DNA of 63,699 nucleotides from a virus (IMGVR_UViG_3300024988_000002:1-63699), one strand, 5' to 3'. Shown: positions 29,172-38,316, counted from the stretch's first letter. A program made the numbers and translations. The notes: generated by a model from the letters alone, not told the origin.

Positions 29172-30491
29172 ATGGCATTAGCTACTACTGACCCGATCAG
29201 CTTGGTCGAGGAGATCAAGCAAGAAGACATCAATGACGTTGGGCTGACAGCGCAGCAGCAGAACCAGTGGCAGGAGACCATGTCATTGATGGCATGGACC
29301 GCGCCAGGGTTCAGGCACCTGTTCTACAAGCTGTTGGTCAACCACCGAGGCAACCATGCGTGCATCCCGACGCGGGCTATCCCCGTCGCGGCGACAGACG
29401 GGAGAAATATTCTTATCAACCCGGACACGTTCTTCAAATACGACCTGCGCCAGCGCGTGTTCATCATCGGACACGAAGTGATGCACAACGTCTACAAGGA
29501 CGTTGATTTCCTCTATCGCTGCCGCAAGGCCGGCACTGTGCCGATGGATGACGGCACGACGCTGCCTTTTGACGAGAAGTCCATGCAGCACGCGATGGAC
29601 TACCGCATCAACGCACTGTTGCGGGACAGCAAGATCGGCGTCGCGCCGAAGGACTGCCTGTTGAACGACGAGATCGCCAAGGCCAACGAAGGCATCATCG
29701 ACGTCTATAAGAAGGTCTATGAGGACTACGAGAGCAACGGCAATCTGGGAGGGCAGGGCTTCGACCTCGTGCTGAACCCTGGTAGCTCCACTGGCCAGTC
29801 ACCGCAGCAGGCGCAGCAAAACTCCCAGCAGTGGGCGGTCGAGAGCAAGGCGGCGCAGACGCTTGAGGAGATGCGCAGCAAGGGCAAGATGGCCGGCGCG
29901 CTCAAGCGCATGTTCGAGCAAGTGCTCAATCCGCAGATACCGTGGACCGAAAAAATCCGCGGCATCTTCAACCGCAAGGTGGGAAACGGCAGCTACGACT
30001 GGCGCAAGGCCGACCGGCGCTTCATCGTCCGCGACCTGTATATGCCCGGCCGCTCCGGTAACGGCGCAGGGCACGTCGTGGTGTGGGGCGATACGTCGGG
30101 CAGCATATCCACCAAAGAGCTCTGCCACTACATGGCCGAGCTAACCTCCATCGTTGAGGAGTGCCAGCCGGCAAGGTTGACCGTCCTGTGGTGCGATGCC
30201 GACATTCACCGCGTCGACGAGCTGTCCGACCCGGCCGATATGGCGAAGCTGCAGTATGACGCGGCGAAGGACGGCGTTGGCGGCGGTGGCGGCACGTCAT
30301 GTCACCCGGTGTTCGAGTGGATCGGCAAGAACTGCCACACCCGGCCCGATGCGCTGGTGTGCTTCACCGACGGCTATGTGGACTTCCCCGATGCGCCGCC
30401 GCCCGTTGAAGTGGTGATCTGGGCCAGCACCGCCCGCAAGCCGGAGGATTACCCTTATGGCGATGCGGTGGAGATCAACACGCGTGGTTGA
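29172..30491 (+). CDS. Metallopeptidase-like + vWA domain protein (DUF2201-type), partner of the MoxR ATPase
   Basis: AATDG, HEVMH (HExxH), MIDAS DTSGS, GGGGT, FTDG. Confidence 0.88.
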   Translation: MALATTDPISLVEEIKQEDINDVGLTAQQQNQWQETMSLMAWTAPGFRHLFYKLLVNHRGNHACIPTRAIPVAATDGRNILINPDTFFKYDLRQRVFIIGHEVMHNVYKDVDFLYRCRKAGTVPMDDGTTLPFDEKSMQHAMDYRINALLRDSKIGVAPKDCLLNDEIAKANEGIIDVYKKVYEDYESNGNLGGQGFDLVLNPGSSTGQSPQQAQQNSQQWAVESKAAQTLEEMRSKGKMAGALKRMFEQVLNPQIPWTEKIRGIFNRKVGNGSYDWRKADRRFIVRDLYMPGRSGNGAGHVVVWGDTSGSISTKELCHYMAELTSIVEECQPARLTVLWCDADIHRVDELSDPADMAKLQYDAAKDGVGGGGGTSCHPVFEWIGKNCHTRPDALVCFTDGYVDFPDAPPPVEVVIWASTARKPEDYPYGDAVEINTRG

Positions 30492-30728
30492 GCGCACCGA
30501 CGATGAATGGATAGCGCTGGCGGCGCTCGCCGGCGCGGAAATTACATACTACGACTACGGGCACCCCGAGCGCGCTGGCGCGCGAATGTATTGGACCGCG
30601 GTGTGTCCGCAAGCGCCCTGGGGCCGCGTCTACAGTTACACGCGCGCCGGCTGTGCAAGGGAATGGTTGAAGTACGCCGACTTGCCGCCCGGTCCGTTTC
30701 CTTACCGCGACGGTAAAAATCCCACCGC

Positions 30729-30780
30729 TTAAAACCAAAGCGTCAAAACTCTTTTTAAAACCAAAGCGTCAAAACTCTTT
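30729..30780. repeat. Perfect 26-bp tandem duplication
   Basis: TTAAAACCAAAGCGTCAAAACTCTTT x2, intergenic upstream of 30808. Confidence 0.9.
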
Positions 30781-30807
30781 CACCACCAACGAGAGGAGGC
30801 TCAACTC

Positions 30808-31494
30808 ATGGGCAGACGACGGCAACGCGCAAGCATTGGCGATACCTATGTCGCGCAGGCGTGCGCTAAATTAAACGGAGCGTGTTTGAAAGAGGCTAAC
30901 TTGTTTCTGCCGCGCTTCACTGCGGAGCAGATCACCCCCATGCTGTTCCGCGACGAAGATGTTGCGAAGTTGAAGGCGGTGCGCGGCCTCACTGCATATG
31001 CGACAAATGCGGCCTCTTATAACAGCGGCGAAGGGATGTCGCTGTTATTGAACTTCGGCAATGCAATGCCAGCCCCCAATTTACACCGCCTGCATTGGCA
31101 GGAAGATCGCGCAGGCGAGTTGCGTAGCGCGCTCAAAGCGGCAGAAGCGCTGGTCACGAAGTGGGGCGCGGTGAAGTGGATGCTGCGCTGGTTCAACCGC
31201 AACGCCACGATCGGGGCGGTGCGCGCCAACTGGCCATGCGTGATGCAGCTCTGTCCGGATAGCCCTGCGGTGCGCGATGCCGCCGGTGTGCCAACTCGAT
31301 ATACGAACCCGCAAGGTTTAGGCCCTTTGCTGCCGGTCGTTCGCGCCACGGCTTCAACGGTGGCGACCATGGCGATGCTCCCCGAGAGCGCGGAGGAGCG
31401 CCCCTACAACACAGTACGGCTCGCGTTCGCTGCACGTAAGGTTGAAGTCGAAGGCGTTAAACTACAGCGCGAAGAGCTATCCCTGCATCTTTGA
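30808..31494 (+). CDS. Hypothetical protein
   Basis: GAGGAGG RBS; 228 aa upstream of the polymerase. Confidence 0.7.
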   Translation: MGRRRQRASIGDTYVAQACAKLNGACLKEANLFLPRFTAEQITPMLFRDEDVAKLKAVRGLTAYATNAASYNSGEGMSLLLNFGNAMPAPNLHRLHWQEDRAGELRSALKAAEALVTKWGAVKWMLRWFNRNATIGAVRANWPCVMQLCPDSPAVRDAAGVPTRYTNPQGLGPLLPVVRATASTVATMAMLPESAEERPYNTVRLAFAARKVEVEGVKLQREELSLHL

Positions 31495-31500
31495 GGCCCC

Positions 31501-33510
31501 ATGCCGCATCATCTTCTGTTCCTCGATAACGAAGCCTATTACGACGACGACTTCTCACTGCGGAAGATGACGCCGGCTGAATACATCCTGAGCCCTCAAT
31601 TCGAGGAGCATATGTGGGCCGTTAAAGCCGACAACGGCCCACACGAGATCATCGACGGACCTGACTTCCCCAAGTGGCTGTCGCAGTTCGACCCGCGCGA
31701 GACCACAACGGTCACCTACAACGCGCTGTATGACAACTCCATCCTTGCGTGGCGGCACGGGTTCGTGCCGGCCACCATGATCGACGCGATGGCGATGGTG
31801 CGAGCGCTGGACGGGCACCTGCTCACCTATTTCAGTCTCGCCGCTGTGTCTGAGCACCTGGGGCTGGACGCCAAGGGCGACTGCATTCACAAGGTGAAAG
31901 GCTTGAGACGTTCTCAGATATTGGCTGACCCCGCGCTTTGGCGCGAGTTCAGCCAATATGCGTTGCGCGACAACATCAACTGCGAACAGATTTTCCTGCA
32001 CTATTACCCCAGATTGCCGCGCTCGGAGCGCCGTCTGATGGACATGGTGCTGCGTTGCTGCGTCGAGCCACGGTTTGTCTGCGACACAGTGATGCTCAAT
32101 CAGCATATTCAGGACGTGCAGGCTGAGAAAGCCGCGCTGGTTGCCGCCGTGGGCAACGTGGACAAGAAAGACATCATGTCCACGGTCAAGTTCAAGGCGG
32201 CTCTGGAGGCGCTGGGCGTCGACGTCGAGTACAAGGATAGCCCGACCGCCAAAGACGAGTTCGGACTGCCGAAGAAGATCCCCGCATTCTCCAAGACCGA
32301 CGAGTTCATGGAGAAACTTTGTAATGACCCCGATCCTGCTGTGGCCGCATTGGCCACAGCCCGTATCGGGTTGAAGAGTACGCTGGAAGAAACGCGTTCA
32401 CAACGCCTATGGCAGGTAGGGCAGTTGCCCTGGGATACACTGCCAGACGGCACCCCGCGCCTATATTCGGGCGGCACGATGCCAGTCCCTCTCCGCTTTG
32501 GAGGTGCCCATACGCACCGACTAAGCGGAGATTGGAAAATGAACATGCAGAACATGCCGACAGTGCGCGGCAGCAAAGGTAAGAGCAAGCTCAGGCTGTC
32601 GCTCAAAGCCCCGCCCGGCCATACGGTGGTCACCTGCGACCTGGGGCAGATCGAGGCGCGACTGGTTGCGTGGATATGCGGCGCAATCGGTTTGACCGAG
32701 GAGTTCGCGCGCTACGACGCCGGCGATAAGAGCTATGACCCCTATAACCGGCTCGGCAGCGCGATCTTCGGACGGCCGGTCAACCGCAAGCTAGTCGGCA
32801 CGCCCGACGAGATTATGGGCTTCATCGGCAAGACCGGCATTCTCGGGCTCGGCTACGGCTGCGGCAAAGAAAATTTCGACCGGATGATCATCCGCTCGGC
32901 ACGCTCCATGAAGATGGATATTTCCTCGATCTACAACCGCGCCATCGGCGACAAGGGCGTCGACACCTATCGCTCGCGCTACCCGCAAATCCCCGCGGCG
33001 TGGCGCAAGCTGAGTTCGTACATCGAGAGCTATTGGTTCACGAAGGCCGGCAACAACTACTTCGTCGAGTTCGGCCCGGTGACGATCTCATACGGCAAGG
33101 TGCTAGGCCCGAACGGTCTGGCGATGGAGTACGCCGACCCGGATCGCAAATGGGTACCGGACGCGAACGGCGCCGGCGGGCGCTACGAGTATTCTTACCG
33201 CTACGGTAAAATGCGCCACCGCATCTACGGCGCAAAGCTGCTCGAAAACATCGTGCAGTTCTTAGCTCGCATCATCGTGATGAACGCAGCTCTTCGCATA
33301 CGAGATCGCGGCAAATACACACAACACCCATACGCGTTCCGCTTTGTGCTGCAGGCGCATGACGAGCTTGTTTTCATCATCCCCGACGAAATACTGGACG
33401 AAGCGAAAACCGTCATTCATTCGGAAATGATCAGACGCCCGTCGTGGGCACCGGACTTGCCGCTTGTTGCTGAGATCGGCACCGGGGCGTCCTATGGAGA
33501 AGCAAAGTGA
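31501..33510 (+). CDS. DNA polymerase family A with 3'-5' exonuclease domain
   Basis: ExoI FLDNE, ExoII YNALYD, ExoIII YALRD; HTHRLSG, NMQN, motif A DLGQIEAR, motif B KTGILGLGYG, motif C HDEL. Confidence 0.93.
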   Translation: MPHHLLFLDNEAYYDDDFSLRKMTPAEYILSPQFEEHMWAVKADNGPHEIIDGPDFPKWLSQFDPRETTTVTYNALYDNSILAWRHGFVPATMIDAMAMVRALDGHLLTYFSLAAVSEHLGLDAKGDCIHKVKGLRRSQILADPALWREFSQYALRDNINCEQIFLHYYPRLPRSERRLMDMVLRCCVEPRFVCDTVMLNQHIQDVQAEKAALVAAVGNVDKKDIMSTVKFKAALEALGVDVEYKDSPTAKDEFGLPKKIPAFSKTDEFMEKLCNDPDPAVAALATARIGLKSTLEETRSQRLWQVGQLPWDTLPDGTPRLYSGGTMPVPLRFGGAHTHRLSGDWKMNMQNMPTVRGSKGKSKLRLSLKAPPGHTVVTCDLGQIEARLVAWICGAIGLTEEFARYDAGDKSYDPYNRLGSAIFGRPVNRKLVGTPDEIMGFIGKTGILGLGYGCGKENFDRMIIRSARSMKMDISSIYNRAIGDKGVDTYRSRYPQIPAAWRKLSSYIESYWFTKAGNNYFVEFGPVTISYGKVLGPNGLAMEYADPDRKWVPDANGAGGRYEYSYRYGKMRHRIYGAKLLENIVQFLARIIVMNAALRIRDRGKYTQHPYAFRFVLQAHDELVFIIPDEILDEAKTVIHSEMIRRPSWAPDLPLVAEIGTGASYGEAK

Positions 33511-33851
33511 TTTCTGAAATGGAGTACGCTGAGTTCGTGGACTCGCTGTTCGCGAAGAACCACATCGGTGTCGAAGGTAGCGTACATGCGGCGCTCGGCA
33601 TCGGAGGTGAAGCCGGTGAAGTTGTCGACATGATCAAGAAGCACTGGACCTACAACAAGCCGCTGGACCGCGCTGGCCTGGTCGAGGAGATCGGGGACCT
33701 GATGTTCTACGTGCAGGCGCTTTGCAACCTACATGGGCTGACACTGGGCGACGCCATGGAAGCGAACGTGGAAAAACTGACTAGGCGATATCCGAAAGGC
33801 TATTCGGACGCTGCTGCTTTGGCTCGTGCAGACAAGAACGGAAGCAAATAA
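33507..33851 (+). CDS. MazG-like nucleotide pyrophosphohydrolase
   Basis: GEAGEVVD..KK...EEIGDLMFY...N.EKL.RRYP. Confidence 0.88.
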   Translation: MISEMEYAEFVDSLFAKNHIGVEGSVHAALGIGGEAGEVVDMIKKHWTYNKPLDRAGLVEEIGDLMFYVQALCNLHGLTLGDAMEANVEKLTRRYPKGYSDAAALARADKNGSK

Positions 33852-34291
33852 TGATTGAGACTCTTGGAGTGACGAAGCGTATTTACCTCGCCGGCCCGAT
33901 GCAGGGCATCCCGCATTTCAATTTCCCTCGTTTCAATGCAGTCGCTGCTGCGCTCCGCGCTAATGGGCACACGGTGTTCAACCCGGCCGAGAAGGACAAT
34001 GAGCGGCACGGCAAGGATATCAGCGCGGACAACGCCAGCGGATCGGTTGCTGACGCCAAGTCCAACCACGGTTTTTGCCTCCGCACCGCTCTCTCCGCCG
34101 ACCTCAAGTTCATCTGCGAGGTAGCGAACGTGGTCGTGCTGCTGCCGGGCTGGGAGAAGAGCCAGGGCGCGCAGGCTGAATGGCGCACCGCGCTCGCGCT
34201 TAAGAGCGAGGGCATGGAAGTTATCTACCTCACCGAGGAGTTGACGCAGCTCATGGAGCGGGCTGCGCAGATCATCGCGGAGGCTGCGTGA
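33851..34291 (+). CDS. DUF4406-type protein (nucleoside deoxyribosyltransferase-like fold)
   Basis: RIYLAGPM.G...FN.P.F, VFNPAE, LPGWEKSQGA.AE. Confidence 0.8.
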   Translation: MIETLGVTKRIYLAGPMQGIPHFNFPRFNAVAAALRANGHTVFNPAEKDNERHGKDISADNASGSVADAKSNHGFCLRTALSADLKFICEVANVVVLLPGWEKSQGAQAEWRTALALKSEGMEVIYLTEELTQLMERAAQIIAEAA

Positions 34292-34833
34292 TGCCCGCGA
34301 TAGTAGCGCCTGCCTACGCTGATCCTGACTTCAAATATAACGATAAGACAGCGTCTTATGAACGCGTGCATGCGCCCGCGCAAAAAGAAGCCGCGCCGCC
34401 GTCGCCGCCCGCCACCAAGCCATCGAACCCCAAGGACGCGCTCGGCATCAAGAAGGCATCGCTCTCATGCGTGCCGGCTCCTGTGCTGTTCGAGGTTGGC
34501 ATCGGCATGCAGGAAGGCGCCTGCAAGTACGGCAGGCACAACTATCGGGCGATCGGTGTGCGCGGCTCGGTCTATTACGACGCCGCAATGCGCCACCTTA
34601 TGAGCTGGTGGGAAGGTGAAGACGTCGACCCCGATAGCGGGCTCAACCACATCACCAAGGCGATCACGTCGCTTATCGTTCTGCGCGACGCCATGATCCA
34701 AAACAAGTTCAACGACGACAGGCCGCCGAAGAGCAACCCTCTATGGCTCACTTCGCTGAACGCCAAGGCTGAGGCGTTGAACGAGAAGTACCCCGACCCC
34801 GTCGGGCCGTACACGAACTTCAACACGCCGTAG
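34288..34833 (+). CDS. dATP/dGTP diphosphohydrolase-like protein (DUF5664)
   Basis: NPKD..G..K, GA.KYGRHNYR, YYDAAMRHL..WWEGED.DPDSGL.H. Confidence 0.8.
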   Translation: MMPAIVAPAYADPDFKYNDKTASYERVHAPAQKEAAPPSPPATKPSNPKDALGIKKASLSCVPAPVLFEVGIGMQEGACKYGRHNYRAIGVRGSVYYDAAMRHLMSWWEGEDVDPDSGLNHITKAITSLIVLRDAMIQNKFNDDRPPKSNPLWLTSLNAKAEALNEKYPDPVGPYTNFNTP

Positions 34834-34848
34834 AGCGGGGGCGTTACT

Positions 34849-35298
34849 GTGGCGGTAACAAACATAACACAAATGATGCAGGATTTCGACCAGCACGCGT
34901 TTGCGCGGCAGTTAGCCCCGACCACCGTCGAGCTTTCGGTGTCGGAAATGATCGAACTGGCGAAGGCTGGTGTCGCGATCGAGTTGGCCGGCAAGGTTCA
35001 AGTCGATCGCGCTTATAGATCGCCGATTCCCCTTCCAACCGCTCGCGACCGCGACATCAGCGAGGGCATTCGCGAGCGATATTTACAATCGCAGCGGTCG
35101 AAGAAGGTTGATGATTTTATATATGGTTCGTCCCCAATTCAGGTGCCGGACCTGTGCGCGTTCCAGCACGGCGACAAGGTGTACGTGTTTGCTTATAGCG
35201 GCAACTCCCCACCGGAAGTGATCGAAGACGACGCGGCGATCTACCCCAGCGACGCATTGCTCGCGCGCATACATTTGATGATGCAGCATGGGAAATAA
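34849..35298 (+). CDS. Hypothetical protein
   Basis: IEDDAAIYPSDAL motif; start uncertain. Confidence 0.55.
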   Translation: MAVTNITQMMQDFDQHAFARQLAPTTVELSVSEMIELAKAGVAIELAGKVQVDRAYRSPIPLPTARDRDISEGIRERYLQSQRSKKVDDFIYGSSPIQVPDLCAFQHGDKVYVFAYSGNSPPEVIEDDAAIYPSDALLARIHLMMQHGK

Positions 35299-35492
35299 GG
35301 AAGAAGATTACGCGCGGCTCGCCCGTGAACAGGCCGCAGGGCAGCAGGCCCTAGCCCGCCTCGCGTTGGCTCGTGAGTTCGACCCGAACTACGTGCCCGC
35401 GTTCGATGAATATGCCGGACCTCGGGTTTCCCCCGAAGAACGCCGGCGGCGCGACGAGTATCGCAAACGTCAAAACCAGTGGAAGAAACTCT

Positions 35493-36191
35493 ATGAAGGT
35501 TGAAGGTATCGCAGCGCCACCGAAAGAGTGGTCGTGGAGCTACTCCAAGCTCAAGAACTACAAGACGTGCCCGAAGCGGCACTACGAAGTTGATGTCCTC
35601 AAAAACTTCAACGATGGCGACGGCAACGAGCAACTGCTGCTTGGCAACGAAGCGCACGACGCGCTGGCGAAAGCGTGTGCCGGCAAGCAAGGGCTGCCCG
35701 AGAAGTTCACGCACTATCAGGTGTGGGTAGACCGCGTCCGCGCCGGCCCCGGCAAACTGTTGGTGGAGCAGAAATATGCAATTACTCGTGATTTCAGACC
35801 TACGACTTATTTTGCTCGCGATGTGTGGTATCGGGGCATTGGGGATATTGTTCGGCTTGATGGCCCTGTGGCTCTTGTTCTGGACTGGAAGACGGGGAAA
35901 ATTTTAGAGGACAGCGTTCAGCTCATGCTGATGGCGCAGTGCCTGTTCTCGCACTTCCCCGAGTTGAAGCGCGTGCGCAGCGAGTTCGTCTGGCTCAAGG
36001 AAGGGTGCACCAGCCCCGAAGTGTTCACGCGGGAGGAAGTGGCCGAGCAGTGGCGCGATCTGCTGCCGCAGGTGAACGAGTTGGAAACCGCCAGCAAAAC
36101 GCTGACGTATCCACCGAAGCCAGGCGGGCTGTGCAAGAAATACTGCCCGGTGCAGAGCTGTCCGTTTCATGGAAAAGGGGGCAGAGGATGA
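35493..36191 (+). CDS. PD-(D/E)XK (Cas4/RecB-like) exonuclease
   Basis: WSYSKL..Y..CP, G...H, RGIGD, LDWKTGK, QL, C-terminal C..YCPV..C. Confidence 0.85.
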   Translation: MKVEGIAAPPKEWSWSYSKLKNYKTCPKRHYEVDVLKNFNDGDGNEQLLLGNEAHDALAKACAGKQGLPEKFTHYQVWVDRVRAGPGKLLVEQKYAITRDFRPTTYFARDVWYRGIGDIVRLDGPVALVLDWKTGKILEDSVQLMLMAQCLFSHFPELKRVRSEFVWLKEGCTSPEVFTREEVAEQWRDLLPQVNELETASKTLTYPPKPGGLCKKYCPVQSCPFHGKGGRG

Positions 36192-36391
36192 AGTGCAACT
36201 GCCCTTTCTGCGCGGAGCATGGGTCGTGGGAGCCCACCCCATCGTGGCATCCGCGGCGTTGGCTTGGCTACGACATGCGCCGACGGGTCCTACATTATGA
36301 GGGCGATTATGATTGGCGGCACTCTTGGGGGTACGGAAAATCCCAGAAGGTAGCGCGCGACGAGCTTCGCAGGTTGTACGCGGAAGGGTAA
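36188..36391 (+). CDS. Trp/Arg-rich hypothetical protein (paralog of 36396-36644)
   Basis: W.P.P.WHPRRW..Y.MRRRV...YG....AR.EL.RLY shared. Confidence 0.6.
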   Translation: MKCNCPFCAEHGSWEPTPSWHPRRWLGYDMRRRVLHYEGDYDWRHSWGYGKSQKVARDELRRLYAEG

Positions 36392-36395
36392 GGGG

Positions 36396-36644
36396 ATGAA
36401 GTTCGATCAAGAGATCGTTTTTGAATGGGACTGCGATCAGCCAGCAGCAGTTCGCGGCTATGGGGCGTGGGCTCCTATCCCGCGCTGGCACCCACGGCGC
36501 TGGTGGTCGAAGTACGAGATGCGGCGTCGGGTGCGGGATTATATTCGTGGCGGCTGCGACTGGTATCAATACGGCCGCGCCCAAGACATCGCCCGCTATG
36601 AACTACACCGGCTCTATGGGGGGCCGCCCCGACGCGGCGAGTGA
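36396..36644 (+). CDS. Trp/Arg-rich hypothetical protein (paralog of 36188-36391)
   Basis: Same motif set as the upstream ORF. Confidence 0.6.
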   Translation: MKFDQEIVFEWDCDQPAAVRGYGAWAPIPRWHPRRWWSKYEMRRRVRDYIRGGCDWYQYGRAQDIARYELHRLYGGPPRRGE

Positions 36645-36673
36645 GACGGGGAGCATTTACATAGGAGAGATAT

Positions 36674-36988
36674 GTGACCCTCGAAGAAAAATTGCGCGCA
36701 CTGGCCGCAAAAGGTGAGTTGGTGCATTTATCTATTGCTTTTATCGGTAACGAATTTCGCGCTGCATTTTGTTCAGCATCGGCCAAAGGCAGTTACGGTT
36801 TCGGCGCTGCGAACGACCCCGTCACTGCCGTCGAGATGGTGCTTAAGGCGAACCCAATTCGGCTCAGGTGCACGCCGCCAGGATCTCAGCGCGCGCCCGA
36901 ACCCGAAAACGAAATTACCGCTGCGGTAAACGACGAAGCAAAACCCGAGCGCGACGGCGCGCTCAACAGTGAGTGGACCACACCATGA
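36674..36988 (+). CDS. Hypothetical protein
   Basis: AGGAGA RBS, GTG start. Confidence 0.6.
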   Translation: MTLEEKLRALAAKGELVHLSIAFIGNEFRAAFCSASAKGSYGFGAANDPVTAVEMVLKANPIRLRCTPPGSQRAPEPENEITAAVNDEAKPERDGALNSEWTTP

Positions 36989-37318
36989 GCACGCCACTAC
37001 CCCATTTTGAAATATCACGAGAACTATTCGGCGCGCTCGATTTTAAGGAAGTCATGGCTACAATCGAGGCGCTCCAAGAATGCGGCCAGCTCCACCTGCC
37101 GTACCCGCTGCAAACTGTCCGATTCAATATGGAGGACTATGCGGTGGCCCCTGGGTGGGGGCAAGACACCGATCGCAAAGCAGCGTGGTGGAAGCGGAAC
37201 GGCGCCAGCGACGGCGAGGTCACGGAGTTGATCGGGGACAAAAGCGAGCGGATGGGCCGGCACTATACCCGGCACGTCGAAAGCGAGGTCTCCATTGCCA
37301 GGGCGTTTGAGAGGGTCA

Positions 37319-37561
37319 ATGGGAAACGAGCGACGAAGATTTAAGAGGATGGTCGAGGGGCGCGGCGGCTGGTGCGAGTGGGTGCATCCGAAGCCTGACG
37401 GATACCTGATGAAATGCTGCGACTGCGGTCTCGTTCACGAACTGCAATTTAAGACGTTCGTGGAGACGAAGCAGAAGCGCGGGGGTTTTCAGGCTGTGGA
37501 ATTGCCGTGGCCTATCAGGGCAATGTTCCGCGCGAGGCGGCAGCGAAGGACGAAAGCGTGA
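37319..37561 (+). CDS. Small CCDCGLVH-motif protein
   Basis: EWVHP...CCDCGLVH...F; paralog at 46139-46375. Confidence 0.65.
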   Translation: MGNERRRFKRMVEGRGGWCEWVHPKPDGYLMKCCDCGLVHELQFKTFVETKQKRGGFQAVELPWPIRAMFRARRQRRTKA

Positions 37562-37579
37562 ACGGAAACCGCACAGATT

Positions 37580-37803
37580 TGTCTAACACAACGGTTCAAG
37601 TGTCTAACGTTTGCAAGTCGAGGGGAGAAATGGTAGCGAAATCAACAAGGGGCCACGTGGCGGAGTGGTTACGCAACGGTCTGCAAAACCCTAGCGATAA
37701 AACCTACACCGTTGAAAATACAGATAAATTTGCGCTACTAGCGGCCTCCGGGTTGTCTAACGACCCGCCCGAAAAACCCCTAAACCCACCTCGTTTGTCT
37801 AAC
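37580..37803 (+). other. attP-like site: 5' half of tRNA-Cys(GCA) flanked by four TGTCTAAC direct repeats
   Basis: TGTCTAAC at 37580, 37601, 37754 and 37796; tRNA fragment at 37651-37690. Confidence 0.7.
37651..37690 (+). pseudogene. tRNA-Cys(GCA) 5' fragment (acceptor 5' strand, D-arm, anticodon loop; no T-arm)
   Basis: GGCCACG-TG-GCGGAGTGGTTACGC-A-ACGGT-CTGCAAA-ACC, then the sequence diverges; no GTTCGA. Confidence 0.85.
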
Positions 37804-38316
37804 GTCTTTGGCGTCAAGCAATACCGCCGTCGGGGGCGCGGCTACGCATATATCCGCGGCACTAGCATCGCGCTCGTTCGCGGCTTTGTCGGGGACGATG
37901 ATGCGTTTACTGCCGCGGTAAAGCGCGCGGCAATGGAGCATGAGTATAGAACAAAGGCGTCTCTCGACGGCTGGCGCGAGGACGCTGCAGTTGCGCTTCA
38001 CAAAGGTACATCGCGGCGCGCTGCTTCCCGTGGTCGTTCTTACACACTGTCCGTTGAGTGGATAAAATCACTCTTCATAGCGGCAGGGGACCGATGCCAG
38101 ATCACCGGAATGTTGTTCGATTACACCCCGGCGAAAAACGAGCTGTGGCGTCGTCGCCCCTACGCCCCCTCATTAGACCGCAAAGACAACACCGTTGGCT
38201 ATGACCCAACCAACGTTCGTGCGGTCTGCGTTTGCGTAAACATCGCCATCAACGAGTGGGGGTTAGATAATTTCGCCAAGATGTGCCGCGCCTTTGTTGA
38301 AAGGAACGCGACATGA
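37795..38316 (+). CDS. HNH-like endonuclease (start uncertain)
   Basis: RCQITG, PSLDRKDN..GY...NVR.VC..VN.A.N motifs. Confidence 0.75.
   Translation: MSNVFGVKQYRRRGRGYAYIRGTSIALVRGFVGDDDAFTAAVKRAAMEHEYRTKASLDGWREDAAVALHKGTSRRAASRGRSYTLSVEWIKSLFIAAGDRCQITGMLFDYTPAKNELWRRRPYAPSLDRKDNTVGYDPTNVRAVCVCVNIAINEWGLDNFAKMCRAFVERNAT

Noticed and set aside
33507-34833. Z-genome (2-aminoadenine) pathway
   Set aside because: No PurZ/adenylosuccinate synthetase-like gene recognised; MazG-like and DUF5664 genes alone are insufficient.
35493-36191. Cas4 as part of a CRISPR system
   Set aside because: Stand-alone PD-(D/E)XK exonuclease in a replication module; no array or other cas genes.
37651-37725. Complete tRNA-Cys gene
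   Set aside because: No T-arm (GTTCGA) or correctly placed acceptor 3' strand follows the anticodon arm; only the 5' half is present.
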